The translations under genes and the position numbers were made by a program. A stretch of 64,000 nucleotides of DNA, from assembly GCA_964413225.1 (NCBI GenBank), contig CAYPRO010000001.1, forward strand, positions 143,103 through 207,102, read 5' to 3'. Every line of letters starts with the position of its first letter. The first letter of the stretch is position 1. This stretch comes from an uncultured Methanoculleus sp. Lineage in GTDB: Archaea; Halobacteriota; Methanomicrobia; Methanomicrobiales; Methanoculleaceae. The notes below the pieces were generated by a model. That model saw only the letters and a program-made list of their open reading frames with translations, was not told the origin of the DNA and ran no database searches. This document shows, in pieces, positions 42,192 to 52,102 of this stretch.

Positions 42192-42845
42192 TCAGGTCGG
42201 TTGTTCTGTGAAACGGCCGAGGGGGAGCACATCCATGATCCGGGTATGAGCCAGGATCCAGTCGGCATGCTGGACTATGTGATTGTAATCGCCGGAGACG
42301 TAGACAAGGCCCGGGAGGGTTAGAGCGATATCGTGTGCATCGAGAAGCACCGTGATGTCGTCATCATCGGAGATATGCTGCCTAAGGAGCGCGGAGATGT
42401 CCGGATAGTAAGTGATTCGCCGATGCCACAAGCATCGCTTCTCGACGATCTTCTGCCGCTGGCCGACCTCGACCTCGAAAGCCCGGAGAGCGTCAAATAC
42501 CACCTCGTCGACTTTCCGGTGTGGGTTGCCTGTGGCAACTACTTTGACATCTGCAAGAATCTTGAAGATACGTTCGTTTCCATCGGGATCGGCGATGATC
42601 CGATCGAAGGCCTGACCTCGCTTCAGCCTGAAGATAACGTGCTGCAGAGCGCGCGTAACATTTTTTCGAATAGTTCTGACCTTTCCCAGGTCAGTATCAC
42701 CCAGCCCAAAGCATTCGCACCGGACAGCGGACCCGGAGTGATTGGGTTCAGGATCCTCGACGGCCCGAACCGCAGCCCTGCCCCAATGATCCGTTGTGAA
42801 AAAGATGTAGCCGATAATAACGTTCGAATCAAGAAAATACGGCAC
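42192..42845 (-). CDS. PIN-domain ribonuclease (putative toxin)
   Basis: YFLDSNVIIG, DDDDITVLLDA, VSGD. Confidence 0.82.
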   Translation of the reverse strand: MPYFLDSNVIIGYIFFTTDHWGRAAVRAVEDPEPNHSGSAVRCECFGLGDTDLGKVRTIRKNVTRALQHVIFRLKRGQAFDRIIADPDGNERIFKILADVKVVATGNPHRKVDEVVFDALRAFEVEVGQRQKIVEKRCLWHRRITYYPDISALLRQHISDDDDITVLLDAHDIALTLPGLVYVSGDYNHIVQHADWILAHTRIMDVLPLGRFTEQPT

Positions 42846-42850
42846 TTATT

Positions 42851-43768
42851 CTACATCTCCCGAGGGCGAACCGTCGCAGTGTCACGTGCGTATGCCATGA
42901 GACGACGGACAATCGGATCGATCTCCGGATCGGGAGTGTGGGTTTGGCCCTGCTCCAGGCGCTCGAGCGCTTCTTCGTGAACGGTTTCGAGGTTGTGGTC
43001 GTATATCGGGAGTTCCTGCGTGAACGAGCGTTCCCATCGGTCGACAATCTCTACCGGCACGTTCTCGTTCTTCTGCACCCGCAGGAGGCTGCAGAAGATC
43101 TCCCAGTACTGGTTTGAAAGCCCATCGAGCGGCTCGCGAATCTCAACGAAGAGCCGGGCCGTATCGTCCCACTCCAGGTATGTATCAAGGAGGTCGCTCA
43201 TCTCGTTTTCAGGGAACTGTTTGATCAGCGTATCCAAGTATCGAAGGAGATTCCGGGAGATCTGGTCGTACGCATAGTCGTAGAGCTGTGATTCGTGCGA
43301 CAGGGTGGCGAGATAATCTATGTATTCTCTCTTGAAGGTCCGCTGATATGGGAACGGGGCGAGCTTGTACGCTTCATCGATCAGCCGGTCGCCATATCCT
43401 TCTTCCCATCGGGCTCCACTCCGGTATTTTGCCAGGATCTTCCGGATCTCCTTGAGAACGACCTGTTTCTCTCCTTCTGTCAGCCCCGCGTCATGCGCAT
43501 GACGGACTGGCGCGGTCGCTCCATCGGGCTGCAGGTATCCGGTAAGGGGGGTGCCGGTCTGCTCTTCAAACGCAGTCGCCTCGATGAGGGGCCCATGAAG
43601 GTACCAGCAATAGGGCAGCCCGAGGTCGATCTCCCGCCTCTTCAGGTTCTGGTGGAGCAGAAACAAGGCCTTGTAGAGGTGGGTCTTGCGGAAGAACTGA
43701 TCTCCGGATGGGTTGGCCTCTACAAGAAGGGCCTCGACGGAATATTTCAGTAAGGGGTTTTTTATCAT
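42851..43768 (-). CDS. Panacea/SocA (DUF4065)-like putative antitoxin with helical C-terminal extension
   Basis: KTHLYKALFLL and YCWYLHGP motifs; 5 bp upstream of the PIN gene. Confidence 0.65.
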   Translation of the reverse strand: MIKNPLLKYSVEALLVEANPSGDQFFRKTHLYKALFLLHQNLKRREIDLGLPYCWYLHGPLIEATAFEEQTGTPLTGYLQPDGATAPVRHAHDAGLTEGEKQVVLKEIRKILAKYRSGARWEEGYGDRLIDEAYKLAPFPYQRTFKREYIDYLATLSHESQLYDYAYDQISRNLLRYLDTLIKQFPENEMSDLLDTYLEWDDTARLFVEIREPLDGLSNQYWEIFCSLLRVQKNENVPVEIVDRWERSFTQELPIYDHNLETVHEEALERLEQGQTHTPDPEIDPIVRRLMAYARDTATVRPREM

Positions 43769-43906
43769 GGACCCACCAGGTGTCTGTTTGGTACCGAGAT
43801 ATCTAAGAGTATAAAGTATTCGATCGTGTATCTGCCGTTCGATCAGTCCCAGAGGCGCCGCGAGATCCAGAAGTTCTTCTTCAAGTGGGAAAGCGAGAGG
43901 TGGACA

Positions 43907-43931
43907 TCCCGGCAAATTTGCCGGGAGGTTC
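43907..43931. repeat. Perfect 20 bp palindrome within a 25 bp inverted repeat, left copy
   Basis: TCCCGGCAAATTTGCCGGGA-GGTTC; reverse complement at 46650-46674. Confidence 0.9.
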
Positions 43932-43964
43932 GGGGCGGATGTTTTCGCCCATGAAAAGAAGGGG

Positions 43965-44394
43965 TTATGCCTTCGCCGGTGGCCAGATCTTCTCGACCAG
44001 GGCGGCCCATGCCTCCGGGTTCTCCGCGCGGCTCCGGGCGATCTTCTCCTTCAGCTGGGCATCCGACGAGGACATACCGGCCTCTTTTACGATGACTTCC
44101 ACGAGCAGATCCTCCAGCCACCCGGGCAGGATCTCCGGTATCCGTGGTCGCCCACACCGGGTGCAGAACCGACCCGCTGGTATCAGGGTCACGCCACAGC
44201 AGGGGCATGCCTCTGGGGGGAGGGTTGGTCTCTGCCTCGTCGAAGGCCTCGCGGATCGCTCGTGCAACGCCGCTCTGGTAGTGATAACATGCTAGGTCTG
44301 CGTTCTCGGTCATTTCGGAGGACAAGCTGCTGCGGCTGCACTCCATCTCGACCATGACCCGCGCCATCAGGGTGCCGAAATCGATATCCGTCAT
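43965..44394 (-). pseudogene. Small element-borne gene with double zinc ribbon, probably frameshifted
   Basis: MTDIDF...AFDEAET continues in another frame as CPCCG..FCTRCG..LEDLLVE..AWAALVEKIWPPAKA. Confidence 0.5.
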
Positions 44395-44599
44395 GCGGTT
44401 TCCACCTTGTCATTTTTGGGCATGCCGGCGCGGTGAGCTTCTGCACCAGGGCGGTCCACTCCTCCGGCATCTCTTCGCGAACCCGGGCGAGCGACGCCCG
44501 CAGTCGGGGATCGTCTGGAGACATGCCGACATCCTTTGCAGCACCCTCCACGAGCAGGTTCTCCAGGAGCTCAACCGCGGCCTCTTCCGACAGAGGCAT
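44391..44599 (-). CDS. Small helical protein paralogous to the tail of the neighbouring gene; 3' end uncertain
   Basis: LLENLLVE..KDVGMS.DD..L...EWTALVQKL aligns with LEDLLVE..KEAGMSSSD..L...AWAALVEKI. Confidence 0.5.
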
Positions 44600-44684
44600 C
44601 CCATCGGTTATAGGGCTCCTGTGTGGCTCTCTCCTGCATCTTTGCTGGGAGCCGTTGCGCTATAGCGTTACGTCTGTGTCCCTC

Positions 44685-44759
44685 TTCGTATGAAAATGGC
44701 CTTGGGTCATTTTCATCCGGTGTGCCTGTGGCCTCCACAGGCATCATGTGGTTTTTTTT
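44685..44759 (+). repeat. Dispersed double-hairpin element, copy 3
   Basis: Near-identical to 974-1047. Confidence 0.92.
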
Positions 44760-45234
44760 AGGGGGGAGAATCCTTCCAGTCGGGCCGCTCTCCCCGTCCC
44801 CGGTGCCGGAATACGCGCCGTTACGCGCTCCGTTAGGATTCGGAGTGTCCCGGTAACTGCCGCTTATTGTCTTGGTCTGGGGCACGGTCCCGTCACGCCG
44901 GCCGGCCGTCGCTGTTCCGCTTTGTCTCGCTATGTCTCGCTTCGTGTCGCCTGTGCGGGGGTGATTCAGGTTATAAGTGTCATCTCCGGGGCCCGTGGGG
45001 CCGTAACGGTGGCTTATCCGGGCTTCGTTAGGGCTCCGGATGCCGGCACCGGGACGCACAGCCCTCGCCTCGGCGAGGAAGATCAACCGTTCGGTGACCA
45101 TGGGTTCTTCACGGAGCCCTTCCGGCCCGAGGAGCATGACTACCTCGCGCGCGTAGCACCATGATTCCCGATCCCTCGTTGAGATTTTGGGGATGGAACT
45201 CGATGCCAACGCAGGCCGGACTAGGCCGGGTTAT

Positions 45235-46275
45235 TTATCCGTTCTTTTTCAACACAATATACTGCCGGAGAAGATCCGCGATATCGTCACGGAACTTGCT
45301 TCCCCCGTCCTTAAGTTTTTGTTGGACTTCCTGTGCAATCTGGCCGTGTTGGTTCTGGTAAAATTCGTAGAGGGTCTTAACAATCGGCGCGAATTCACCG
45401 TCATCAGCTCGCACGAGTGCATCCAGGTAAGCAGCTCGGTGTTCCCGCCCAAGATAGAGTGTCGGGTATCCGGAACGTTCCAGGATGAAGTTCATTAACG
45501 CTCGTCCCACTCGCCCGTTTCCGTCAACGAAGGGGTGGATAACCTCGAATTTTGTATGGAGCAGGATCGCGAGTTCGAAGGGGTTGAGAGTCTTCCTGTT
45601 CTGCCGATACCATCTGATGAGGTTCTGCATTTCATCAGGCACGAGGATTGCGGGCGGCGGCTGATAATCGACGCTTGTTATACCAACCTGGATGTTCCGG
45701 TAGTTCCCCGGATCCCGAAGGATATGGTTCATCAAGATTTCGTGGATCTTTTTGATAAACGCCTCAGTGATGTCCCCGGTATATCCGCTGAGGTGCTTCC
45801 TGAGGGTAATATAGTTGAGGACTTCGTACACCTCGTTCATTCTCTTCCCGGCTGGCGAGATGTTGTGTTCTAGGAGTTCCTGCGCTTCTCGAAAGGTGAT
45901 GGTGTTTCCCTCAATCGCGGTCGTACCTTGGACATACCGGATGTACATCGCATCCCGGTATCGTTCACTCTCGTCTGGATAGAGATCCTCGAACAGATCA
46001 TAGAAGTAGCGCAAGCTCTCGAGGTTGGTGGCCTTGTTCCGATCAAGGACGGTGAGGGTATAATGTTCCAGCCGATAGTCAAGATATTTGGTTAACCTCG
46101 ATGAGAAGAGATCGAGCAGTTTCACTGAAATGTCCTGTGGCTTGACTTTTTCGAGTCTACCCACGTATGTCTGAACCGAAAGGGATTTGGAGTTAACTCT
46201 TACCCTATCTTGGAGATACAGGTATTTATTGCCTTTAATTACCTTCACTGTCAGTTCTACCATGCTCCTTTTCAT
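45235..46275 (-). CDS. Fic-domain protein
   Basis: Canonical HPFVDGNGRVGR motif and TTAIEGN inhibitory-helix-like motif. Confidence 0.93.
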   Translation of the reverse strand: MKRSMVELTVKVIKGNKYLYLQDRVRVNSKSLSVQTYVGRLEKVKPQDISVKLLDLFSSRLTKYLDYRLEHYTLTVLDRNKATNLESLRYFYDLFEDLYPDESERYRDAMYIRYVQGTTAIEGNTITFREAQELLEHNISPAGKRMNEVYEVLNYITLRKHLSGYTGDITEAFIKKIHEILMNHILRDPGNYRNIQVGITSVDYQPPPAILVPDEMQNLIRWYRQNRKTLNPFELAILLHTKFEVIHPFVDGNGRVGRALMNFILERSGYPTLYLGREHRAAYLDALVRADDGEFAPIVKTLYEFYQNQHGQIAQEVQQKLKDGGSKFRDDIADLLRQYIVLKKNG

Positions 46276-46352
46276 ATCGGTCGCAATGGGTGAAAATAGT
46301 ATTGTGGGGTTAACTCAGTCGATCCAGTTAAGATCTTAGACGGGGGCGGGCG

Positions 46353-46637
46353 TCAGGTCTTGGGCGAATGTGTCCCACCATGTCCCGCTTGGCCCGAGAC
46401 GGAGGCCTGCCGGACCCGGGTACAGTGGGGGATCCCGTCGTGCCGCCCCTCCCGGGCTGCCTGGTAACAGTCCTCGCAAACCCCGCGCGTGTGGCGCCGT
46501 GATTCCCGGTCCCGAGAGGCGAAGGTCTCCCGGTAGGTCGCCGGAGCGCCACAGTAGAGGCACCGAACCGGCGGCCACGGCTTCCCGCTGCGGGCGGGTT
46601 TGATAGGTTCGTAGTCGGCGGGGTTGAGCGGGATCAT
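46353..46637 (-). CDS. Small zinc-finger ORF or gene fragment of the element
   Basis: CLYCG and CEDC motifs. Confidence 0.4.
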   Translation of the reverse strand: MIPLNPADYEPIKPARSGKPWPPVRCLYCGAPATYRETFASRDRESRRHTRGVCEDCYQAAREGRHDGIPHCTRVRQASVSGQAGHGGTHSPKT

Positions 46638-46649
46638 GATCGAGGGAGA

Positions 46650-46674
46650 GAACCTCCCGGCAAATTTGCCGGGA
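46650..46674. repeat. 25 bp inverted repeat, right copy
   Basis: GAACC-TCCCGGCAAATTTGCCGGGA. Confidence 0.9.
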
Positions 46675-46904
46675 AGTCGGGTGTCGTCAGATCACCGCCT
46701 GCGTGCCGAGGTTCCGAAGGGTGCGGCGCGTCGTGTTCATCATCGTCGCGGCGTCGGCCTTCAGGCTGTTGACCACGAGATCGCCCTGGATCACCACACC
46801 GCCGCTCGTCGCAGCTGCCTCACCGGCTCCTCCCCGTGCTTCACGGGACGCTTTCAGGGAAGTCTGGATCTCGTCCCAGTCAGGGATCCCGCCCGCCGTC
46901 TGAG

Positions 46905-47367
46905 GATCGCTCCAACCCCGGCCACCTCCCGAACAATCCGATGGTGGAAAAGATCCGAACTGACAACTCAATCATCAGGAACCCGATCCTGGCATCGTAC
47001 GTTGCAAAGGGGTTGCTGCCATACCGTGGCCTCGGTTCCGGCATCAAACGAGCCCTTGAGGGTTGGCCCGAGATCGACTCTGCCGACCGACCGGGACGGT
47101 TGCCTCTTCATCGCCACGGTTCACCGAAAAGAGGAGAAAGGTTCGGAGAAAGGTTCGGAGAAAGGTTCGGAGAAAGGTTCGGAGAAAGGTTCGGAGAAGA
47201 TTCTTGCACTCCTGAAAGCCGAACCCGGCCTGCCAGCAAGAGTAGTCGCAGAAAGGCTCGAGATCACACAGAGGGCGGTCGAGAAGCAGATCGCCAACCT
47301 GCGTCGAGACGGCCGGCTCCGCCGCATCGGCCCTGCCCGGGGCGGCCGCTGGGAGGTGCTGGAATGA
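46905..47367 (+). pseudogene. RecG C-terminal-like ATP-binding plus HTH fragment, frameshifted
   Basis: NPGHLPNN..IRNPILAS..YRGLGSGI in one frame; HTH ending RRIGPARGGRWEV in another. Confidence 0.8.
47133..47198 (+). repeat. 12 bp tandem repeat, 5.5 copies, encoding GSEK
   Basis: (GGAGAAAGGTTC)5 GGAGAA. Confidence 0.95.
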
Positions 47368-47409
47368 CCTTCACCGGTGAGCCGATGAACCTCGATACCG
47401 TCACCCGAA

Positions 47410-47740
47410 AACGATCTATCGCCCACCTGGTCGCTTGAGAAGATCCTCCCGCGCAGGGCGGCGGATCCCTCGGGAGCGATCTCCTCCCGGCCCGATGGGA
47501 GTACGTGCCTCCCGCCGGACTCCTGGATCCAGGAAAGATGCCTCGAATCGGTGCAGTGCCCCGCCTGCACGACCATCAATGCCCAGCGCGAACTGCTGTT
47601 CCACCTGCGGCCGGTCGTTCACCGATGACGGGGAGGGCACGCAGGAGGCGATGGACAAGGACGCGCTGGAGAACCCGGAGTTCGTGCGAAGATTGCTGAG
47701 CAAGCTGATCGAGGAGAAGAAGCGGAAGGGTGAGTTATGA
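47410..47740 (+). pseudogene. C-terminal remnant of an archaeal tyrosine integrase
   Basis: AHLV, then ESVQCPACTTINA and, after a frameshift, PSANCCSTCGRSF zinc ribbon; adjacent to a tRNA 3' end. Confidence 0.62.
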
Positions 47741-47841
47741 TGCTCACCCCCTGCCCCATGAAGATAACGTCTCAGATCTTCTATAATTTGTCTGAGCCCA
47801 GTCTCCTTGTTTTTTCAGTTAGATATTACCCCGAGCGGTAA

Positions 47842-47924
47842 TGCGAGGGGAGGGATTCGAACCCGCGAACTCCTTCGAGAGTCGATCTTGAGTCGACCGC
47901 CGTTGACCGCTTGGCTACCCTCGC
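47842..47924 (-). tRNA. tRNA-Leu(CAA)
   Basis: GCGAGGG acceptor, GTCGA-CT-CAA-GA-TCGAC, long variable arm, GGTTCGAATCC. Confidence 0.96.
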
Positions 47925-48216
47925 GCCATTACCTGTTGAACCTGAGGGCTAATGAGCTTGCTGGCGCCTACCCATCCGGCACGTGCCGGCGGATGAGCCA
48001 ACCCATCTCACGGTTGAGGAGAACCAACTCACCGGAAAAGAGCATATCGGCCGCCGGCATGGGAAAAGAGATCCGTCCGGCCCGGCAGTTATGCCGGCGT
48101 CATCAACCGGCACGCCAAAATCCCCTGCACCTGCTCGATTCCGGGCCGCCGGCGATCTCCCGCGACGGGCATCCCGGCCCAGAGGACATAAGAACCTCTG
48201 CTGCCTGCATCGCGCC

Positions 48217-51200
48217 TCACATGAAATCCGCAAGCCCCAGTTGCCGCTCAGGGGGCTCACCGAACGTCGACTCGATCTGCATGAAGAGCACCTCCACCCG
48301 CTGCTTCGTGTACTCGGATATTGCGTAGGTCTCGCATATATTGCGCGACATCTCCAGGTACTTCTTCACCGAACCCTCGTGGACCGTCGCAATGACGTTA
48401 CCCCCGCACCGGGTGCATCGCCCGGCAAGCGGCATCCGACGGTACTTCGCGTTGCATTTCATGCACCGCACCTTCTGCTTGGAGAAGGCGTTGAGGTTGC
48501 CCTGGAGATCCCGTATGAAGTGGGTATTCAAGACCCTCTCTGCGACGTCGTCGGCATCTACAGCGCGGATCTTCTTTGCGAGGTCGAGTTCCGCATCGAG
48601 TTTCTCAAGCATCGTCCCAAGCTTCGTGTAGGTGGACTCAAGCGGCCCCGCCGATATGTTCGAGGTCGGGTGGGTGAAGAAGAATCCCTCGACCTGGGCC
48701 GGAGTCCCGAGCCTGCGTTCCACCCGATCGACGAACTTATCGAGGTCTTTTGGGTGGGCGTAGGCAAGGCAGCCATTGTAGACCTCTAACGGGTAATGAT
48801 CGCAGACATCAACGTTCAGGCTCTCCTTATCGATCTCCGCCGGGTCTATCCGGGTCGTCAGGACGAGCGGCGCATCCATCGTCCCGCCGCGGGTCTCAGG
48901 GAGGTAGGAGCGGGAGAAGTTGATCAGGCCATCGAGGAGGAGCATCACGCAGTCCTCGTCGCCGTCGCACTGCCCGCAGAAGATACCGTTTGCAACAAGG
49001 GTGTGGTTCTCGGCAACCGTCAGGCAGTAGACCCGGTCGTCGAGCGCCTGAACAGTCTCGCGGGCCACGACCACATCGCTTATGACGAGCCCGCCCTCCT
49101 CCGTCGGGAGGCGATCGCCGACCTTCACCTCCAGCGCCCGGATCTTCCTGATGTAATCGGTATCCCAGACCAGCATGGCGTGGTCGGGGGTGACCGTGAG
49201 GATCTTCCCCCGTCCGGTCACGAACCGGACAAGGTGCGCCGGGGCGCGGTGAACCGAGACCGACGTTATCCTCTTTATGCTGACCAGCCCCCGTGTATCG
49301 ATGCTCCGGGCGTAGAACGTCTGCCCGGGGTCCGAGTAGAACGTTCCCGTCCGGTCAAGCCCGGGCCTTGAGAGATCAAAATTCTCCATCACAAACCGCC
49401 GGATCGGCACCGTCATCCACTGCCGGCCATCAAAAATGGCGATCTCCGTCTCGCCAGAAAAGCAGTTCCGCCGTTTGGCCGCGTGGAAGAACGGGTGGCC
49501 GTAGCCGACGCCGGCCTTCGAGAACCCGATCAGGCGGGCGAGAACCCCGGCGCTCGTGTGCGGCGCAAGCCCCATGAGAAGGTGGCCCACAAGGTCGAGG
49601 GGTTTTTCTGCCCGGTAGAAGGGTTCAAGCCCGTAGAGCCTCACCAGGAGGTCATCGATGAACTTCGCCACCTGGACCAGCCACTCGCCGCAGTCCTCCG
49701 ATACAAGAATATCCTGGTGGCGGAGCTCAAGCACCTGGTCGGCGCCGGCGAGATCGCAGCCGTATATATCGTGGGTGTATCCGAGGTCCCGGAGCCTCTC
49801 TATCGGGACGCCGACCTCATCGGGCCGGAAATGGGTCAGGGGCAGATCGATCATATCGTAACGGACGGTCCCGTCCTTGAAGACATAAAGGCCCTGTAAC
49901 GCCCTGAGGATTCCCTTCTCTATCGGTTCCACTGGTCGTTCACGGGATATAAGCCCTTTGACGCCCTTCAGGAGCAGAATCTCTGATTCGCGTATGCCGA
50001 GGTTCTCCAGGGCCGCTGCGTACTCGTTTTTGATGTTGATCTTGACCTTCTGGAGGCAGACCGTCGGCACGTTGCACCGGGGGCAGAGATCCTTCCCGAT
50101 CTCCTGGTGGCACTTTGGGCACCTGAAGACCGGCCGCGTGTGCGCTCCGCAACCGCAGAGGTTCTTGTAGGTGAACGTGCCGCAGGAAGGGCAGCGCCGC
50201 TCGCCTACCTCTACCTCGATCAGGCCGCCGTCCGCGTTGGACCGGAGCCGGGAGGAGGAAGCCGCCTGAAACGACCGGCGCGAACCGCCCTCATCCCCGA
50301 TGGGGAAGAGCGAATGGGGCGGCGGCTTCATCTCCCTCTGCTTTGACTTCCCCGGCCGCCCCATCCGGCCGCCGATCCGGGTGCCCGCCCGTGAGCGGAC
50401 GAGAAAACCCGAGAGATGCATAACAAGGCCAAGCGAGTCATCGAGGGGTGCGTCCTCCCACGCCGGCCTCTTATCGAGGTGCAACGTCAGACCAAGGCAT
50501 GCAAGAAGCACCAGGTACTCGCGGATCTCTATCCGGTCGCCCAGGAGACGGTGAGGCACAAGGAGTTCTTCGAGGATTGCCTTCACATCCTCCGTATCCG
50601 GCAGCGTCAGCGCTCTACCCTCATCGATCCGGCCATAAGCGTTGATCCGATCCGCAAGGAGGGCGATCTCGGCCGGGGCGACGTCGTCCCAGAGGTAGGT
50701 GTAGTCAGGGTGGAGGGGGATGCCGTCGAGGGCAAACTCTATGGCCTCAAGTTCATTCTCCGGGTGCCGCGGGCCCCCCTCGAGCCGCCACCACTCCTCG
50801 CAGTAGCACGGGGGCATCAGGGGATGGTTGTTCTCCATGAACTCCCCGAAACTGATCAGGATCTCGCCGTCGTCGAGGATCTCCTCAACCTGGCCGACGA
50901 TCCGCCTCGCCTCCGCCGCATCATCCACCCGGCGAACCTCTCCGCTCCTGAGTTTGACCGTCGGCCCCTGGATCGAATCCACCGGCACGATCCCCGCCGC
51001 CTTCCCGGGCCGCTCGACCTTCATCTGGGTCCCGACTGCAAGAAAATCACCGAGTATGTGCATCGTCGCGGGGTTTAAGCCGGCGGCCGCAAACCCTGTG
51101 TTCCTTGACCGGCCGAGGCGCAGACGGAACCCTCCCTTGCGCATGGGGTAGGAAAAGACCGGCCGGCCGCCGATCAGGTCGCGGAGGTACTTGTCCTTCG

Positions 51201-52083
51201 GTTTGACGGCAGCGCCCTTATCGTCGTCACCGCTCCTGGCCGAAGCACCGCCACCGATCATATCCTCAAGCCAGCCCCAGCCGGACATCTTCATCTTCCT
51301 GACGTTCTTGACGATCTTCGGGGCTTTCAAGGCCAACCCTTCTGCAACCACGAGCGCCATACCGCCCCGGACGGTGTTCGTCTCCACCCGCTCAAGGTTC
51401 CGGTAACCGCTCACCTCCTGCTGCTCGGTCGGTTCGCCGTCGATGCAGACGGGGCAGTTGCCTATGATCGTCCTGAGCTCCTTCTCGGTCGGGACATACT
51501 GCAGGCTCATTATGTTGTTGTACTGCCGGATCTCCTCGATGTAGCGCTCGATCTCCTCAGGGCGGGGGATGTAGCGGTTGATACCGAGCGCCTGGCGGAC
51601 GTAATCGCCCACCAGAACCGAGAGCGCCTGTGCCGTCCCGCCGGCGCTCCGGATCGGCCCCGCGTAATAGATCTTGAGGTAATCGGTCCCGTCGTCGTTC
51701 TTCCCGAGGCTGACTTTCGCGATCCCCTCCGTCGGTGCGGCCACCACCCCTTCGGTCAGGAGCGCCATAGCACCCCGGATGGCGTGGTCGAGGATCTCCT
51801 CCGCCGTCGTCTCGCCAAACATCCGTGCCGCAAAATCGTCGCCTATCCGGAGCGCCGCCTCTTCACGGGACATCTTCTGCTCGAGTTCGCGGATTCGGGC
51901 CGCTATACCCGGATAACCGAGGAGCGCCTCCACGCGATCGGCAAGGTCGCTTGCTATCGGGATCTCGATCTCCGTCCTCGGGTCAAGCCCGCGGGCCCGT
52001 GCGGCGGCGGCGAGCTCCATGGCCGACGCAAGGCTGACCGCAATATCGTCGAAGTACCGGGCGGTAGCAGGTGAGACCTCCAT
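48217..52083 (-). CDS. polC: DNA polymerase D large subunit DP2, intein-containing
   Basis: [40 protein letters not shown]-terminal zinc finger. Confidence 0.97.
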   Translation of the reverse strand: MEVSPATARYFDDIAVSLASAMELAAAARARGLDPRTEIEIPIASDLADRVEALLGYPGIAARIRELEQKMSREEAALRIGDDFAARMFGETTAEEILDHAIRGAMALLTEGVVAAPTEGIAKVSLGKNDDGTDYLKIYYAGPIRSAGGTAQALSVLVGDYVRQALGINRYIPRPEEIERYIEEIRQYNNIMSLQYVPTEKELRTIIGNCPVCIDGEPTEQQEVSGYRNLERVETNTVRGGMALVVAEGLALKAPKIVKNVRKMKMSGWGWLEDMIGGGASARSGDDDKGAAVKPKDKYLRDLIGGRPVFSYPMRKGGFRLRLGRSRNTGFAAAGLNPATMHILGDFLAVGTQMKVERPGKAAGIVPVDSIQGPTVKLRSGEVRRVDDAAEARRIVGQVEEILDDGEILISFGEFMENNHPLMPPCYCEEWWRLEGGPRHPENELEAIEFALDGIPLHPDYTYLWDDVAPAEIALLADRINAYGRIDEGRALTLPDTEDVKAILEELLVPHRLLGDRIEIREYLVLLACLGLTLHLDKRPAWEDAPLDDSLGLVMHLSGFLVRSRAGTRIGGRMGRPGKSKQREMKPPPHSLFPIGDEGGSRRSFQAASSSRLRSNADGGLIEVEVGERRCPSCGTFTYKNLCGCGAHTRPVFRCPKCHQEIGKDLCPRCNVPTVCLQKVKINIKNEYAAALENLGIRESEILLLKGVKGLISRERPVEPIEKGILRALQGLYVFKDGTVRYDMIDLPLTHFRPDEVGVPIERLRDLGYTHDIYGCDLAGADQVLELRHQDILVSEDCGEWLVQVAKFIDDLLVRLYGLEPFYRAEKPLDLVGHLLMGLAPHTSAGVLARLIGFSKAGVGYGHPFFHAAKRRNCFSGETEIAIFDGRQWMTVPIRRFVMENFDLSRPGLDRTGTFYSDPGQTFYARSIDTRGLVSIKRITSVSVHRAPAHLVRFVTGRGKILTVTPDHAMLVWDTDYIRKIRALEVKVGDRLPTEEGGLVISDVVVARETVQALDDRVYCLTVAENHTLVANGIFCGQCDGDEDCVMLLLDGLINFSRSYLPETRGGTMDAPLVLTTRIDPAEIDKESLNVDVCDHYPLEVYNGCLAYAHPKDLDKFVDRVERRLGTPAQVEGFFFTHPTSNISAGPLESTYTKLGTMLEKLDAELDLAKKIRAVDADDVAERVLNTHFIRDLQGNLNAFSKQKVRCMKCNAKYRRMPLAGRCTRCGGNVIATVHEGSVKKYLEMSRNICETYAISEYTKQRVEVLFMQIESTFGEPPERQLGLADFM
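48970..49464 (-). mobile_element. 165 aa mini-intein in DP2 with C-terminal Gln
   Basis: [10 protein letters not shown]...TPDH...VYCLTV..NH...[12 protein letters not shown]; no LAGLIDADG motif. Confidence 0.93.
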
Positions 52084-52102
52084 GCAGGAAGTTATGGACC
52101 CT

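Larger units (their letters stand above)
41900..47841. mobile_element. Decayed integrated element/provirus remnant between convergent tRNA-Phe and tRNA-Leu
   Basis: TA pair, Fic, gene fragments, integrase-like tail about 100 bp from the tRNA-Leu 3' end; no att duplication found. Confidence 0.7.

Noticed and set aside
41826..47924. attL/attR duplication of a tRNA 3' end
   Set aside because: No second copy of either tRNA 3' end found by eye, so the integration site remains unassigned.
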